From positions 150,001 through 182,000 of the forward strand of contig NZ_CP046580.1 in NCBI RefSeq assembly GCF_013365495.1: a stretch of 32,000 nt of DNA, given 5' to 3'. Every line of letters begins with the position of its first letter. Positions within the stretch are counted from its first letter, which is position 1. The DNA comes from Candidatus Saccharimonadota bacterium (GTDB lineage: Bacteria > Pseudomonadota > Alphaproteobacteria > Rickettsiales > Anaplasmataceae). The translations under genes and the position numbers were made by a program. Positions 10,274-20,278 of this stretch are shown piece by piece. The notes under the pieces were generated by a model. The model ran no database searches and was not told the DNA's origin. It saw only the letters and a list, made by a program, of their open reading frames with translations.

Positions 10274-11251
10274 TTAAGAAATTTTTATAATGTTTAATCC
10301 ACTTATTTTTCTATTTTCCATATCAAGATGAGCTTCTATTATTTCATCAAATTTATACTTTTTATTAATATTTACAGTTAAAAGTTTTTTTTTAATCATT
10401 TCAAAAATTTCCATTGCAGTAAGCACTAGTGTAAACCTATCATTCTTATAATGATATATTGATGTTCCTGTAGCGAATAATGAGCGTGAGCTAAGTAAAG
10501 AGAAACTAATTGGGGCATGCCCTGATATTTGTCCATAAGAAATATATATGCCAAATTTTCCTAAAGACTTAAAAGAAAGCTTGCTTGTAGCGTAGCCTAT
10601 AGGATCATATACTGCACCAACTCCTTTATTTTGTGTGATCTCCATAATTTTAGAAATAAAATCTTTGTCATGATAATTTATTGCATATGTGCAGCCATTT
10701 TGTAAAGCTATCTTGATTTTTTCATTAGAGCTTACAGAACCTATTACTATTCCTTTTTTATTATTTGCCCATTGACATACTATTTGCCCTAGTCCTCCAC
10801 TAGCTCCATGTACAAGTATAATAGCACCAGGTCTTATTTTATAAGATTGATTGACTAAATAGTGGGCTGTCATGCCTTTAAATAGTATTGCAGCTACAAT
10901 TTCATCTGGCATTTCTTCTGGGATTTTTATTAAGTATTTTTGGTGTATGATACGTTTCTCACAGTATGCCCCTGGTGGGGCTGTACAGTATCCAACTTTG
11001 TCTCCAATTTGTAAGCCGTTAATTATTTTCTTACCTAGTTTTTCAATAACTCCTACTGCTTCCACTCCAAGTACTAACGGTAAGTTTTTAATTTTGCGAA
11101 TACCTATTCTCTGTTCTAGATCATAACGGTTTAAACCAATGGCTGTATGACGTACTAAAGCTTCTTCAGCTTTTGGCTCACCTATACTTTTATCAATAAA
11201 TTCTAATACTTTTATTTCTCCGGTTCTTTTAATTTGTACAGTTTTAACCAT
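10274..11251 (-). CDS. qor: NADPH:quinone oxidoreductase (medium-chain dehydrogenase/reductase family)
   Basis: 325 aa. It combines a GroES-like N-terminal domain with a Rossmann domain carrying HGASGGLG, the overall architecture of Qor/zeta-crystallin proteins. Confidence 0.85.
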   Translation of the reverse strand: MVKTVQIKRTGEIKVLEFIDKSIGEPKAEEALVRHTAIGLNRYDLEQRIGIRKIKNLPLVLGVEAVGVIEKLGKKIINGLQIGDKVGYCTAPPGAYCEKRIIHQKYLIKIPEEMPDEIVAAILFKGMTAHYLVNQSYKIRPGAIILVHGASGGLGQIVCQWANNKKGIVIGSVSSNEKIKIALQNGCTYAINYHDKDFISKIMEITQNKGVGAVYDPIGYATSKLSFKSLGKFGIYISYGQISGHAPISFSLLSSRSLFATGTSIYHYKNDRFTLVLTAMEIFEMIKKKLLTVNINKKYKFDEIIEAHLDMENRKISGLNIIKIS

Positions 11252-11447
11252 AATAAATATTAGTAAAAGAAGCTTAATTGTCTTACTTATGAGTCTATTT
11301 TATAGAGTTATTAAAGAGTATGCACTACAAAATATATGTTAATAGTTGGTAAATAAATTAAAATGTGATATAAATATGTAAAAGGGTATATATCAGTTAA
11401 AGTGAGCTTTAACAAAATTTTAAATACATTAAGATTGATATAAAAAA

Positions 11448-11521
11448 TCGGGGCAGAGAGATTTGAACTCCCGACCCTTTGGTCCCAAACCAAATGCGCT
11501 ACCAGACTGCGCCACGCCCCG
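11448..11521 (-). tRNA. tRNA-Pro (anticodon TGG)
   Basis: 74-nt cloverleaf: CGGGGCG/TG/GCGC-AGTCTGGTA-GCGC/A/TTTGG-TTTGGGA-CCAAA/GGGTC/GGGAG-TTCAAAT-CTCTC/TGCCCCG/A. No CCA is encoded. Confidence 0.9.
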
Positions 11522-13662
11522 CTTCATATTTACAAGAATATCAATAATTGGATAAAATACAAGGTTCATTTATCTACTAAAAATAATTTATTTTGTAAAT
11601 GTGTATGTAATCTTATTTTTTTTGATCTTTATTTTACAGATGTTTATTTACCTACATAATAGGTGTTGTAGCATTTTAAAATCTGAAAAATTATTTAGAG
11701 GTAGTTCTCTTATAGAGATAAAAATATTGTTTCAGTTGAGAGAAATTATGTTATGATATACTCACTGCTTTTCATCAGCTTCTTTTATTTTATGTAGATT
11801 GGCAAGTTTTTTTTCGGTGGGGAGAATATAGCTTTTGTATTTTTGAATTTTTATCATTCTAGAAATAGAAAACTGAGTAAAGTTTTTTCATATAATAAAA
11901 GATAAGCTTAAGAAAGTTTAAGTATATTTAAGATGATAGTAAGTTTTAATTTTTAAAGTATTGTCTCATAATAATATGAGTATAGATATTAGTTTTGCCA
12001 TTTAATATAATGATAAAAGTATTATTTATTAAAGTTTGTATTTTGTAATCATGAAGTTAGTCAGATTTATGAACTGTGGCTATTATTTGTGAGTTTATTA
12101 TGAGTGTTTATTTATATTAATTAAATGATGTAACTGAAGAAATTAGCTTGTCAAAAGATATAGGAAATGGTTTTCTAAAAAGAGAAATTAAAAAATGAAA
12201 AATTAATCCAAGTGCTTTCTTGAGAAATATTTATATTAATAGTATGATGTTGGTTTGCTATATAAGTATAGGTTATCTTTTTGTACTAGTTATTTTATTT
12301 TTTAAGAGTTTTTGTTATTATAATAGTATGTAATGGATATATTAAGTAATTTAGGTGAGAATATTAGAAAGTGAAGTGTTTTTCTATGAACTCTATATAA
12401 TTTACTTTAGTATTTATCTTAGAAAAGTTATTAATAATATGTACCCCATCTTTTAATATCAAAGTGATTTCTTTAATTCTGATAAATCTCCTTAAAAGTT
12501 AATTTTATAAGTTTTTTGATATTTTACTGTTTTTATATCAACAATAAATATTAAATCGGCTTTTTAACATGAAGAAGGGTTTATTCAAGTATACCAGTCC
12601 TTTTACTTTATGAGTTAGTAGCATTCATTTACTTTTTTTTATACTATAGTAATATTTTATAATAATAACCTTTATTTGGGTATTATGTTTATAATATAAT
12701 TAAAGACGTGTACTTCCCTTCGGTATTTTTAGTTTACTTATGCTTTAGGATAAAATTTTGCTCTTTATATAGGGATATAATATAAATTAACTTTTTTCAA
12801 AAGTAATTTTTTATTATCAATTAGGATACTTCAACCTTATATTAGCTAAAAATATCTAGAACTATGATAAAAACTAAAGAAAATATTAATTCTTTTTCAC
12901 AAGTAAAACTATGATAATAACTTAACTATAAGAAGTGGTAATATTAAAGAATACAAATAAAAATAACTAAATATTTAAAAGCGTAGTTATTATATACATA
13001 GACTATTAATTAAATGTTTTACAAGTAATATCAAATTTATTTGATACTTAAAAAGTATATAATATAAATTATTTTACTTAGAATAATTATTAATGTAGTT
13101 AAGTTTATAGATAGCACAATTAAGTAACTATTAAAGTATAGTGTATGTATAATGCTAAACTATTAATACTGACTAATTATTATCAGTATGCGACGATGTT
13201 TATTATTTTACTTTGGTGACAAGGTATTAATTAATGAATGCTGTGTCAATAGCAAAGGAAAATTATCTATATAAGCCCTTATTATTGATATCTACATATT
13301 TATTACAAAAATTTAAGTATCTACTTAAAATTGTTTGATCTACTTATTGAGGCTTGAGTGAAATAACTTAAAAGAATAGATTTGCTTTTTCTAAGGGAAA
13401 TTAATGTAAGTTGTAATAGAAGGAAAATATTATAATAATACGGCTATATTTAAGGTTTAAAGAAAAAAATTTTGTTAAGCTTAACAACTTGAAAATAGAA
13501 ATTCATATCGAATTATGTTTTTTTATTAGAAAAATTGTTGAGTGTATAACTTGGATTATACTTTTAAAAAAGTCAATGATATAAAAGTATACTGTGTGGT
13601 GATTTTATTCTTTTATTTTTTATTATTGGATATATAATAACTAAATGGATAAATGGTGATGA

Positions 13663-13736
<74 letters not shown>

Positions 13737-14011
13737 CCTTATCTAGGTTCAAAAACTATCTAACTCATTTAATTAATTTTATTTTGATAACAATGAAAAA
13801 TTAAAATTTTGCAGAAAAGCTATTATCATTAATTGATGAAAAGTTGTATAGAAGGAATAAAAAAATTAATATTTATCTTTATTATATGCTAATAGCAGAA
13901 GGTTATAGTGTCAGCCTAAATTATTAGTTTTATTTCTAATTATAAGTGAAATTGTTACTATACTATCTATATGTAATATTATTAGTACATTATATATAAT
14001 AGTATTGAGAA

Positions 14012-14055
14012 AAGAAAAATTCTTTTTATATATAAGAAAACTTTTTTATATATAT
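14012..14055. repeat. Imperfect 22-bp tandem duplication (19/22 identical)
   Basis: aagaaaaattctttttatatat (14012-14033) is followed directly by aagaaaacttttttatatatat (14034-14055). The sequence is low-complexity A/T. Confidence 0.5.
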
Positions 14056-14447
14056 TTAATTATACCTTGAATATCATTGTGCTAGAGAGCAAATTTTGCT
14101 ATATTGACCAATTGGCTATATTTTCCTTAAAAATATATTTCTACTGAATAATAGTTTTTATGGCATAATGATTAAGTCATAGCACTGCTATAAATTTTCT
14201 ACAAAGATATCATAACTTATAATAAAAAAATAAATAATATATCATACTACCATAATTTGAGTTTTTTTTAAAGATAAAAGCATTAAGGTAACTTAAACCG
14301 GTATTTTTATTATTTAGTATAGCGCCTATCTTAACATATAATACTCATTGTATTTCCAGCAAGAAGCATGGTAAAGTAGCTTTGCTTGATTTCCAGATAT
14401 TATCTTATTACGTTATAGTAAATTTATATATTTAATAAATTACTTTA

Positions 14448-15068
14448 TTAAGGATATAATTGCTCTCTTTTCCAGTTATTTTTTGCAATAAGAGTATATC
14501 TAAATCTAATATGTCTCCTATATTCACCTTCTTGCCAAAACTCAATTATTTTAGGGATTACATAAAATCCTACCCAAAAACTAGGACAGGAAACTTGTAC
14601 ATTATTAAATTCTTTTTCTTTTAGTTCAATGGCTTGCTTAAAATTCTGCCAATCTTCTAGAATACTCGATTGTTTGGAACACCATGTACTAATTTGACTA
14701 TTACGTTCTCGAGAAGAAAAGTATTTGCTAGCTTTTTCATTATCTAAAAGCTTAACATCTCCTTCAATTCTGACTTGTCTAGAAAATTCTATCCAATGAA
14801 ATACTAATGCAGCTTTAGGATTTTCGATCAATTCTTTTCCTTTTCTGCTATTTACATTAGTAAAAAATACAAAGCCTTTCTCACCATATTCTTTTAGTAG
14901 TACTACTCTTGCAGATGGAATACAGCTCTTGTTACAAGTTGCCAGTGTCATTGCAGTTGGCTCTTTACATGAAGAATTAAGTACTATTTTATACCACTTT
15001 GAAAATAAATTAAGTGGATCTTTTTCAGACAAAAATTCATATCTAAGAATAGGACTTAGTTCTGACAT
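14448..15068 (-). CDS. pdxH: Pyridoxamine 5'-phosphate oxidase
   Basis: 206 aa with PNPOx features: RVVLLKEYGEKGFVFFTN, SRKGKEL, QVRIEG and the C-terminal EFWQEGEYRRHIRFRY. Its ATG lies inside the end of mutM. Confidence 0.9.
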   Translation of the reverse strand: MSELSPILRYEFLSEKDPLNLFSKWYKIVLNSSCKEPTAMTLATCNKSCIPSARVVLLKEYGEKGFVFFTNVNSRKGKELIENPKAALVFHWIEFSRQVRIEGDVKLLDNEKASKYFSSRERNSQISTWCSKQSSILEDWQNFKQAIELKEKEFNNVQVSCPSFWVGFYVIPKIIEFWQEGEYRRHIRFRYTLIAKNNWKREQLYP

Positions 15069-15871
15069 ATCTTACAAAAATAAGTGCTACGACCATTTTG
15101 TCGTGTAAGTGTTATGATATTACTACAAATCTTGCAAGGCTTTTGAACTTTACCATATACATAAAAACTATTTTGAAAATATCCAATATAGCCTGATGGT
15201 TGTACATAATTTTTTAACGTCGAGCCGCCTGTAATAATTGCATCATTCAAAGTATTTTTTATTTCATTAGAAAGTTTTTTACATTCTTCATACTTCAAAT
15301 TATATGCTTCTCTGAGTGGAGATATACGCGCTCTAAATAAGCTTTCAGAAGCATATATATTGCCTATACCAACTATCAGTTTATTATTCATTAATACTGA
15401 TTTAATACTTGCTTTTTTATTCTTCAACAACTTATGTAAATAGTCTCCATTAAATTCATTTGTAAGCGGCTCTATTCCAAAATTTTTAAAAAAATTAGTT
15501 TCTTGTTCTTTGTTTAAAATAATGACTAATCCAAATCTTCTTGGATCATTAAAGATTAATGAAGTTTTATCAGAAAATAAAAATCTTACATGATCATGTT
15601 TATTTTGCCCTTGATCATTTTTAGTATATATAAGCTTTCCACTCATACCAAGGTGTACAATCACAGCTACATCGTTATTTGTACACCAAATCATATATTT
15701 ACCTTTACGTTTGATATTACATATGCATTTATTTTTTAGTACATCATCAATGTTTTTTGTTACTGGTACACGCATATTCCAATTATTGACTATAACACTA
15801 CTTATCTGCTTATTTTTTATTTTACTAAGTAAAAAATTAGATATTACCTCTATTTCTGGTAGTTCTGGCAA
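15056..15871 (-). CDS. mutM: Formamidopyrimidine-DNA glycosylase
   Basis: 271 aa. It has the N-terminal MPELPEIE (catalytic Pro2/Glu3), an H2TH region and a C-terminal zinc finger CKIC-x16-CKIC. The start is TTG, 4 nt after AAGGAGG. The conserved Pro2 fixes the start position. Confidence 0.93.
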   Translation of the reverse strand: MPELPEIEVISNFLLSKIKNKQISSVIVNNWNMRVPVTKNIDDVLKNKCICNIKRKGKYMIWCTNNDVAVIVHLGMSGKLIYTKNDQGQNKHDHVRFLFSDKTSLIFNDPRRFGLVIILNKEQETNFFKNFGIEPLTNEFNGDYLHKLLKNKKASIKSVLMNNKLIVGIGNIYASESLFRARISPLREAYNLKYEECKKLSNEIKNTLNDAIITGGSTLKNYVQPSGYIGYFQNSFYVYGKVQKPCKICSNIITLTRQNGRSTYFCKICQN

Positions 15872-16050
15872 AAGTCCTCCTTAAAAGTTAAGTTCTTAGT
15901 AAAATTTTATCATTAAAAAAATTCTCAATACATTTATTATGAACTTCTTTATAAGAATTTTCATTAAATAAATCTTGAAGGTGATTTATTTTGTTTAATA
16001 TATCTCTGTTTTTTTCTTTTTAGGATATTTTGCTTTAAAGCTTTCGCTAA

Positions 16051-16087
16051 CCTTTTTTTTTCTTCTTCTTTTTTCTTTTTCTTTCTT
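16051..16087 (+). repeat. 37-nt uninterrupted homopyrimidine tract (C/T only)
   Basis: Read directly: cctttttttttcttcttcttttttctttttctttctt. It sits in a broader T-rich stretch (about 16004-16090) between mutM and tRNA-Thr. Confidence 0.8.
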
Positions 16088-16112
16088 ATATTATTCATAA
16101 TATATAAATCTT

Positions 16113-16185
16113 GCCGTTATAGCTCAGGTGGCAGAGCACGCCATTGGTAATGACGAGGTCCCAAGTTCGAGTCTTGGTAACGGCA
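16113..16185 (+). tRNA. tRNA-Thr (anticodon GGT)
   Basis: 73-nt cloverleaf: GCCGTTA/TA/GCTC-AGGTGGCA-GAGC/A/CGCCA-TTGGTAA-TGACG/AGGTC/CCAAG-TTCGAGT-CTTGG/TAACGGC/A. There is a C29-A41 mismatch in the anticodon stem. No CCA is encoded. Confidence 0.88.
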
Positions 16186-16235
16186 CATGACTATATTTGG
16201 TAGTATAGTGATTTATAAAGGGATCAAGAAAAAGG

Positions 16236-17762
16236 TTATAGAGGTAAATTATCATGCTTTTTCCATACTCCTTCTACTTTTTTGTTTTTGAGTAGCTCTA
16301 ATGCTTTATAAAGATAATGCCGTGTTTTGCTTGGTATTATTATATTATCAATGTAACCATATAATGCAGCAAAAAACGGATTAGCAAATTTTTTTTTATA
16401 TTCCTTAATTAAGGATTGTTGATCTTTTGCATGTCGAAATATGATTTCAACTGCACTTTCAGGGCCCATTACAGCTATTTCAGCAGTTGGCCAAGCATAA
16501 TTTATATCACCTCTAAGATGTTTAGAATTCATGACAATGTATGCGCCACCGTATGCTTTTCTAGTGACTAAACTAATCTTTGGTACAGTTGCTTCGGCAT
16601 AGGCATAAAGTAGTTTTGCTCCATGCTGTATTATATTGTTATATTCTTGGTTTATACCTGGCAAAAATCCTGGAACATCAACGAGTGTGATAATAGGGAT
16701 ATTAAATGCATCACAAAATCTTATAAACCTTGCGGCTTTTCTTGAGGAATTAATATCTAAGCATCCTGCAAGGTGTATAGGCTGGTTTGCAACAATGCCA
16801 ACAGTACTACCTTTGATTCTGCCAAAGCCAATTATAATGTTACGAGCGAAATCAGGCTTTAATTCAAAGAATTTCCTTTCATCACATACTTTCTCAATAA
16901 GCTCATACATATCATAAGGAATATTAGAGTTGCAAGGAATTAGAGTATTTAAAGATTCATCAATGTCATCAACATCATTATAAGTTGACATCACTTTGGG
17001 AGGCTCTTGATTATTTGCCGGTAAAAAAGTAAAAAATTCACGTATTTTTAGCAACATTTCAATATCATTGTTAAATGCAAAATCCGCCACTCCTGTTTTA
17101 CTTGTATGAATTCTTGCTCCCCCAAGATTTTCATGACTTATATCTTCATATGTAACTTTTTTTACTATATCTGGTCCAGTAATAAACATGTATGAACTAT
17201 TTTTTACCATGAAAGTGAAATCAGTTAATGCTGGAGAATAAACTGCACCGCCAGCACATGGACCCATGATTAAAGATATTTGTGGTATAACTCCTGATGC
17301 ATTTACATTTCTTTGAAAAATTTCTCCATAGCCAGCAAGAGAATTCACTCCTTCTTGAATTCTAGCTCCTCCAGAGTCATTTAGCCCAATGACAGGAACT
17401 TTCGCGCTAACTGCCATATCTATAACTTTGCATATTTTTTTTGCATGAGATGCACCTAACGATCCGCCAAAGACAGTAAAATCTTGAGAGTAGACAAAAG
17501 CCTTCCTGCCATAAATAGTGCCATGGCCAACTATCACACCATCACCTAAAAAATTGACATTCTGCATGCCAAAATCAATTGCATGATGTTTCACAAATTT
17601 ATCGTACTCCTCAAATGAATTTTCATCAAGCAATATACTTAGTCGTTCTCTAGCAGTTAATTTTCCTTTTGCATGTTGTTTTTTAATCCTATCAAAACCT
17701 CCTCCTTTTTCAGCCTCCAGTGTTTTTGCTTTTAGGTTTTTTAATATTTTAAAGTCTTGCAT
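16236..17762 (-). CDS. pccB: Propionyl-CoA carboxylase beta subunit (acyl-CoA carboxyltransferase)
   Basis: 508 aa. The full length resembles the carboxyltransferase family ([37 protein letters not shown]). Confidence 0.92.
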   Translation of the reverse strand: MQDFKILKNLKAKTLEAEKGGGFDRIKKQHAKGKLTARERLSILLDENSFEEYDKFVKHHAIDFGMQNVNFLGDGVIVGHGTIYGRKAFVYSQDFTVFGGSLGASHAKKICKVIDMAVSAKVPVIGLNDSGGARIQEGVNSLAGYGEIFQRNVNASGVIPQISLIMGPCAGGAVYSPALTDFTFMVKNSSYMFITGPDIVKKVTYEDISHENLGGARIHTSKTGVADFAFNNDIEMLLKIREFFTFLPANNQEPPKVMSTYNDVDDIDESLNTLIPCNSNIPYDMYELIEKVCDERKFFELKPDFARNIIIGFGRIKGSTVGIVANQPIHLAGCLDINSSRKAARFIRFCDAFNIPIITLVDVPGFLPGINQEYNNIIQHGAKLLYAYAEATVPKISLVTRKAYGGAYIVMNSKHLRGDINYAWPTAEIAVMGPESAVEIIFRHAKDQQSLIKEYKKKFANPFFAALYGYIDNIIIPSKTRHYLYKALELLKNKKVEGVWKKHDNLPL

Positions 17763-19000
17763 TTTAATAAAAGTAATTTTTGTAATAAAGTATATATTAC
17801 TTTTTTAAAGCACAAAAAAAAATTGTTCTTGGTATAAATGGGTTTTTGCTGATATAAATAACCTCCTAAAAAATAAATATGATTTTGCATACTAAGCTGT
17901 ACTTATGATAAGTGAAGGTTTAGAGTGCACATATTTTTGCAGTTTTTGTTTGTTTTTTTTGTGAGTGTTTGTTTATCTATGATACCTAGAAAGTATATAG
18001 CTTTAATTTTTTTTATTTTAGAGCTCACTACTTAAAGTGTACGTACTTAAAAAGATCTAAGAAAAAAGGAAATATTGAGTAAAAATGTAATAAAAAAATT
18101 TAATTATTAATAAAAAGAAAAATTGAAAATTAGTATTAATCTAGTCAATTTTAAAATTGATGCTAGTGGTGTTGAGTAGTATTGTGATTACAAGAGTTAA
18201 GTTTGAAAACTCATACTTTTAAAGTTGGATTATTGATGAGGTTTTAATAAGGAACATTAATCTTATTTAGTTTAGCCTTACTACTAATAAAAAGTGTTAT
18301 GTTGAAACAAATATAGTTTGTTCTAAGAAGATATTAAGCTTTATGAAAACAGAAAAATAATGATTATATGAATACTAAAATTCAGAACATACAATATAGA
18401 TTTGATGATGTAGAGTAAGGATACTAAATTCTAATTTAATAGAAAAAATATAATTTGCTTATATATAATGTTTGTTAATAGTCAATTAAATTGAATAGGA
18501 TAATATGTCTTTAATTTATTAGATGTAATTTGACATTAATTGTTTAGTTTAAATTAAAAATATAGATTTTGCATTTGCTGTTTTTATAGCAATTAATTAT
18601 AAAAATGTTCCTATGGTTAAATACTAATAAAAGTATATCTTCTTTAAAAGAAAAGTAATAAAATCGATAAAATTAAATGTACTAATAGTTAATTATTACA
18701 TTTGTTAAGTTATTAGTATGTATTCTAATTTTTATACTTTTGGTTATATTTCTGAGTGAAAGTTAGTAGTAGAGAGTGAAGGATAAGATTTGACTGAATT
18801 AGTATATACTAGTGGATACATAACTTAAAATAAATCTGTAAAGAGCTTATTTTATTAAAAAGTGTTTATATTAATGGTGCTTAAAATGATTTAATTAATT
18901 TTTTCAATTGCATAAAATAAAGTTGTAGATATTTTTAATCCCTAAACATTAATTCTTTTTATAAAATATTCAAGTCTTTGTATTTTCTTATCAAGATTAA

Positions 19001-19612
19001 TTATTTATAGTTACATATATTGATTGTTACAAAATCATGTAATTGTTTTGTGACATTATGTCCTGTAATAATTATTATACCATTTTGCTCTGAACGTGCT
19101 GAAATTATACTCAGTACTAATTCACATGCTGTATCATCAAGATTACAAAATGGCTCGTCTATTAGCCAAATATTTGCGTTAGCGGTCAAAAGACGAGCAA
19201 GGGCAACTCTTTTTTTCCAACCTACAGAAAGCTTATCATATCTAATATTAAGTACAGGTTGTAACTGTAAACAATGAATAGCTGCCATAATTAATTCCTT
19301 AGTATTTCGTATCGCTGCCCAAAATTCTATGTTTTGAGCAACAGTTAAGTTATCCTTACAAGAGTTTTTATGTCCTACATAGACCATGGATGGTATGTAA
19401 GATTGTGGATCATCATATATATCTTTTCCACAATATTTTATCTTTCCTGATAGGGGCGGTAAGAGTCCAGATAAACTTCTTATCAAGCTAGTTTTACCAC
19501 TACCATTTGGGCCAATAATCAAGATTTTTAATTTTGGCTTAGCTTTAAAACTAAGATTTTTAAATAAAATTTTATTATTGCGAGCACAAGATAAATATTT
19601 ACATTCAAGCAT
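19001..19612 (-). CDS. ccmA: Heme exporter ATP-binding protein CcmA (ABC ATPase)
   Basis: Walker A GPNGSGKTS, ABC signature LSVGWKKR and Walker B IWLIDEP. Its size is typical of CcmA. The ORF track extends to GTG 19645. ATG 19612 (MLECKYL...) avoids overlap with the upstream ORF and lies 4 nt after that ORF's stop. Confidence 0.85.
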   Translation of the reverse strand: MLECKYLSCARNNKILFKNLSFKAKPKLKILIIGPNGSGKTSLIRSLSGLLPPLSGKIKYCGKDIYDDPQSYIPSMVYVGHKNSCKDNLTVAQNIEFWAAIRNTKELIMAAIHCLQLQPVLNIRYDKLSVGWKKRVALARLLTANANIWLIDEPFCNLDDTACELVLSIISARSEQNGIIIITGHNVTKQLHDFVTINICNYK

Positions 19613-19616
19613 AGGG

Positions 19617-20051
19617 TTATCTACCTTTTCCTTTGTGTTTTCCACGAGTTAAAACCTGGGTTTTTATGAAAAGTTCCCAAAATCCTTTTTGCTTGCCATT
19701 TTTGTTTATCAATTGTGTAAAATGCTGTATTAGATCACTACCAATTATAATCATTTTTGTCCATTTGCCTACTGGTTTTACTATATCAATTATTTTTGAA
19801 GCCTCTTTGTAAACTTGTACATCTTTTTGCTTTTTATGTAGTATTTCTTGACGTCTTATTAATTCCTTTAGCTTATTTTTTTGATATAGCTCATTATATT
19901 TTTTATTTTTTTCAAGTTCTTCTTTGAAAACTTTCTTAGGGAACAAGATTTTTCTAACCTTATTTCTATATATTTTTCTAGAAAAAAGAAATAATAAAAT
20001 TGTAGTAAACAGTAATATTATACTATATGTTAAAAATTTTTTGAACGACAT
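19617..20051 (-). CDS. Hypothetical membrane-anchored protein (one N-terminal TM helix, Lys-rich helical middle, basic C-terminus)
   Basis: 144-codon ORF with an ATG start. The hydrophobic segment is YSIILLFTTILLFLF. The middle is a charged, heptad-like region (KEELEKNKKYNELYQKNKLKELIRRQEILHKKQK). I recognise no family. Its stop is 4 nt upstream of the ccmA ATG. Confidence 0.55.
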   Translation of the reverse strand: MSFKKFLTYSIILLFTTILLFLFSRKIYRNKVRKILFPKKVFKEELEKNKKYNELYQKNKLKELIRRQEILHKKQKDVQVYKEASKIIDIVKPVGKWTKMIIIGSDLIQHFTQLINKNGKQKGFWELFIKTQVLTRGKHKGKGR

Positions 20052-20278
20052 TTTTTATACTAAATTATTAAAGGGTTTTCAATAATTATACCTTAACTGT
20101 ATAAACCCTACAATTTTTTGTATAGAAGAGTCATATAAAAATAATATGAGAAAAAAATATAGAAATCATATTAGATGAAGTTGTTTTTCATTTCAAAAAT
20201 TATTATGACACTTAAGTAAATAGACTTGTATGTAACATGGTTTATTCCTATACTTTTTAAAATATTGCTTTAAAAGAT

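Noticed and set aside
11311-11493. 60-codon ORF on the minus strand.
   Set aside because: Its 5' part is the tRNA-Pro gene itself (11448-11521) read as protein. The rest is AT-rich spacer. It is not a gene.
12358-12493. A minus-strand AAGGAG shares 15 nt with the mutM ribosome-binding region (ctccttaaaagttaa). It is followed by a stop-free frame of about 42 codons.
   Set aside because: There is no ATG, GTG or TTG at a usable distance from the SD. The peptide has no recognisable features, and the 15-nt identity is A/T-rich.
17865-17870. A perfect AGGAGG on the minus strand about 100 nt upstream of pccB.
   Set aside because: No canonical start codon lies within 5-12 nt, and every downstream frame stops quickly.
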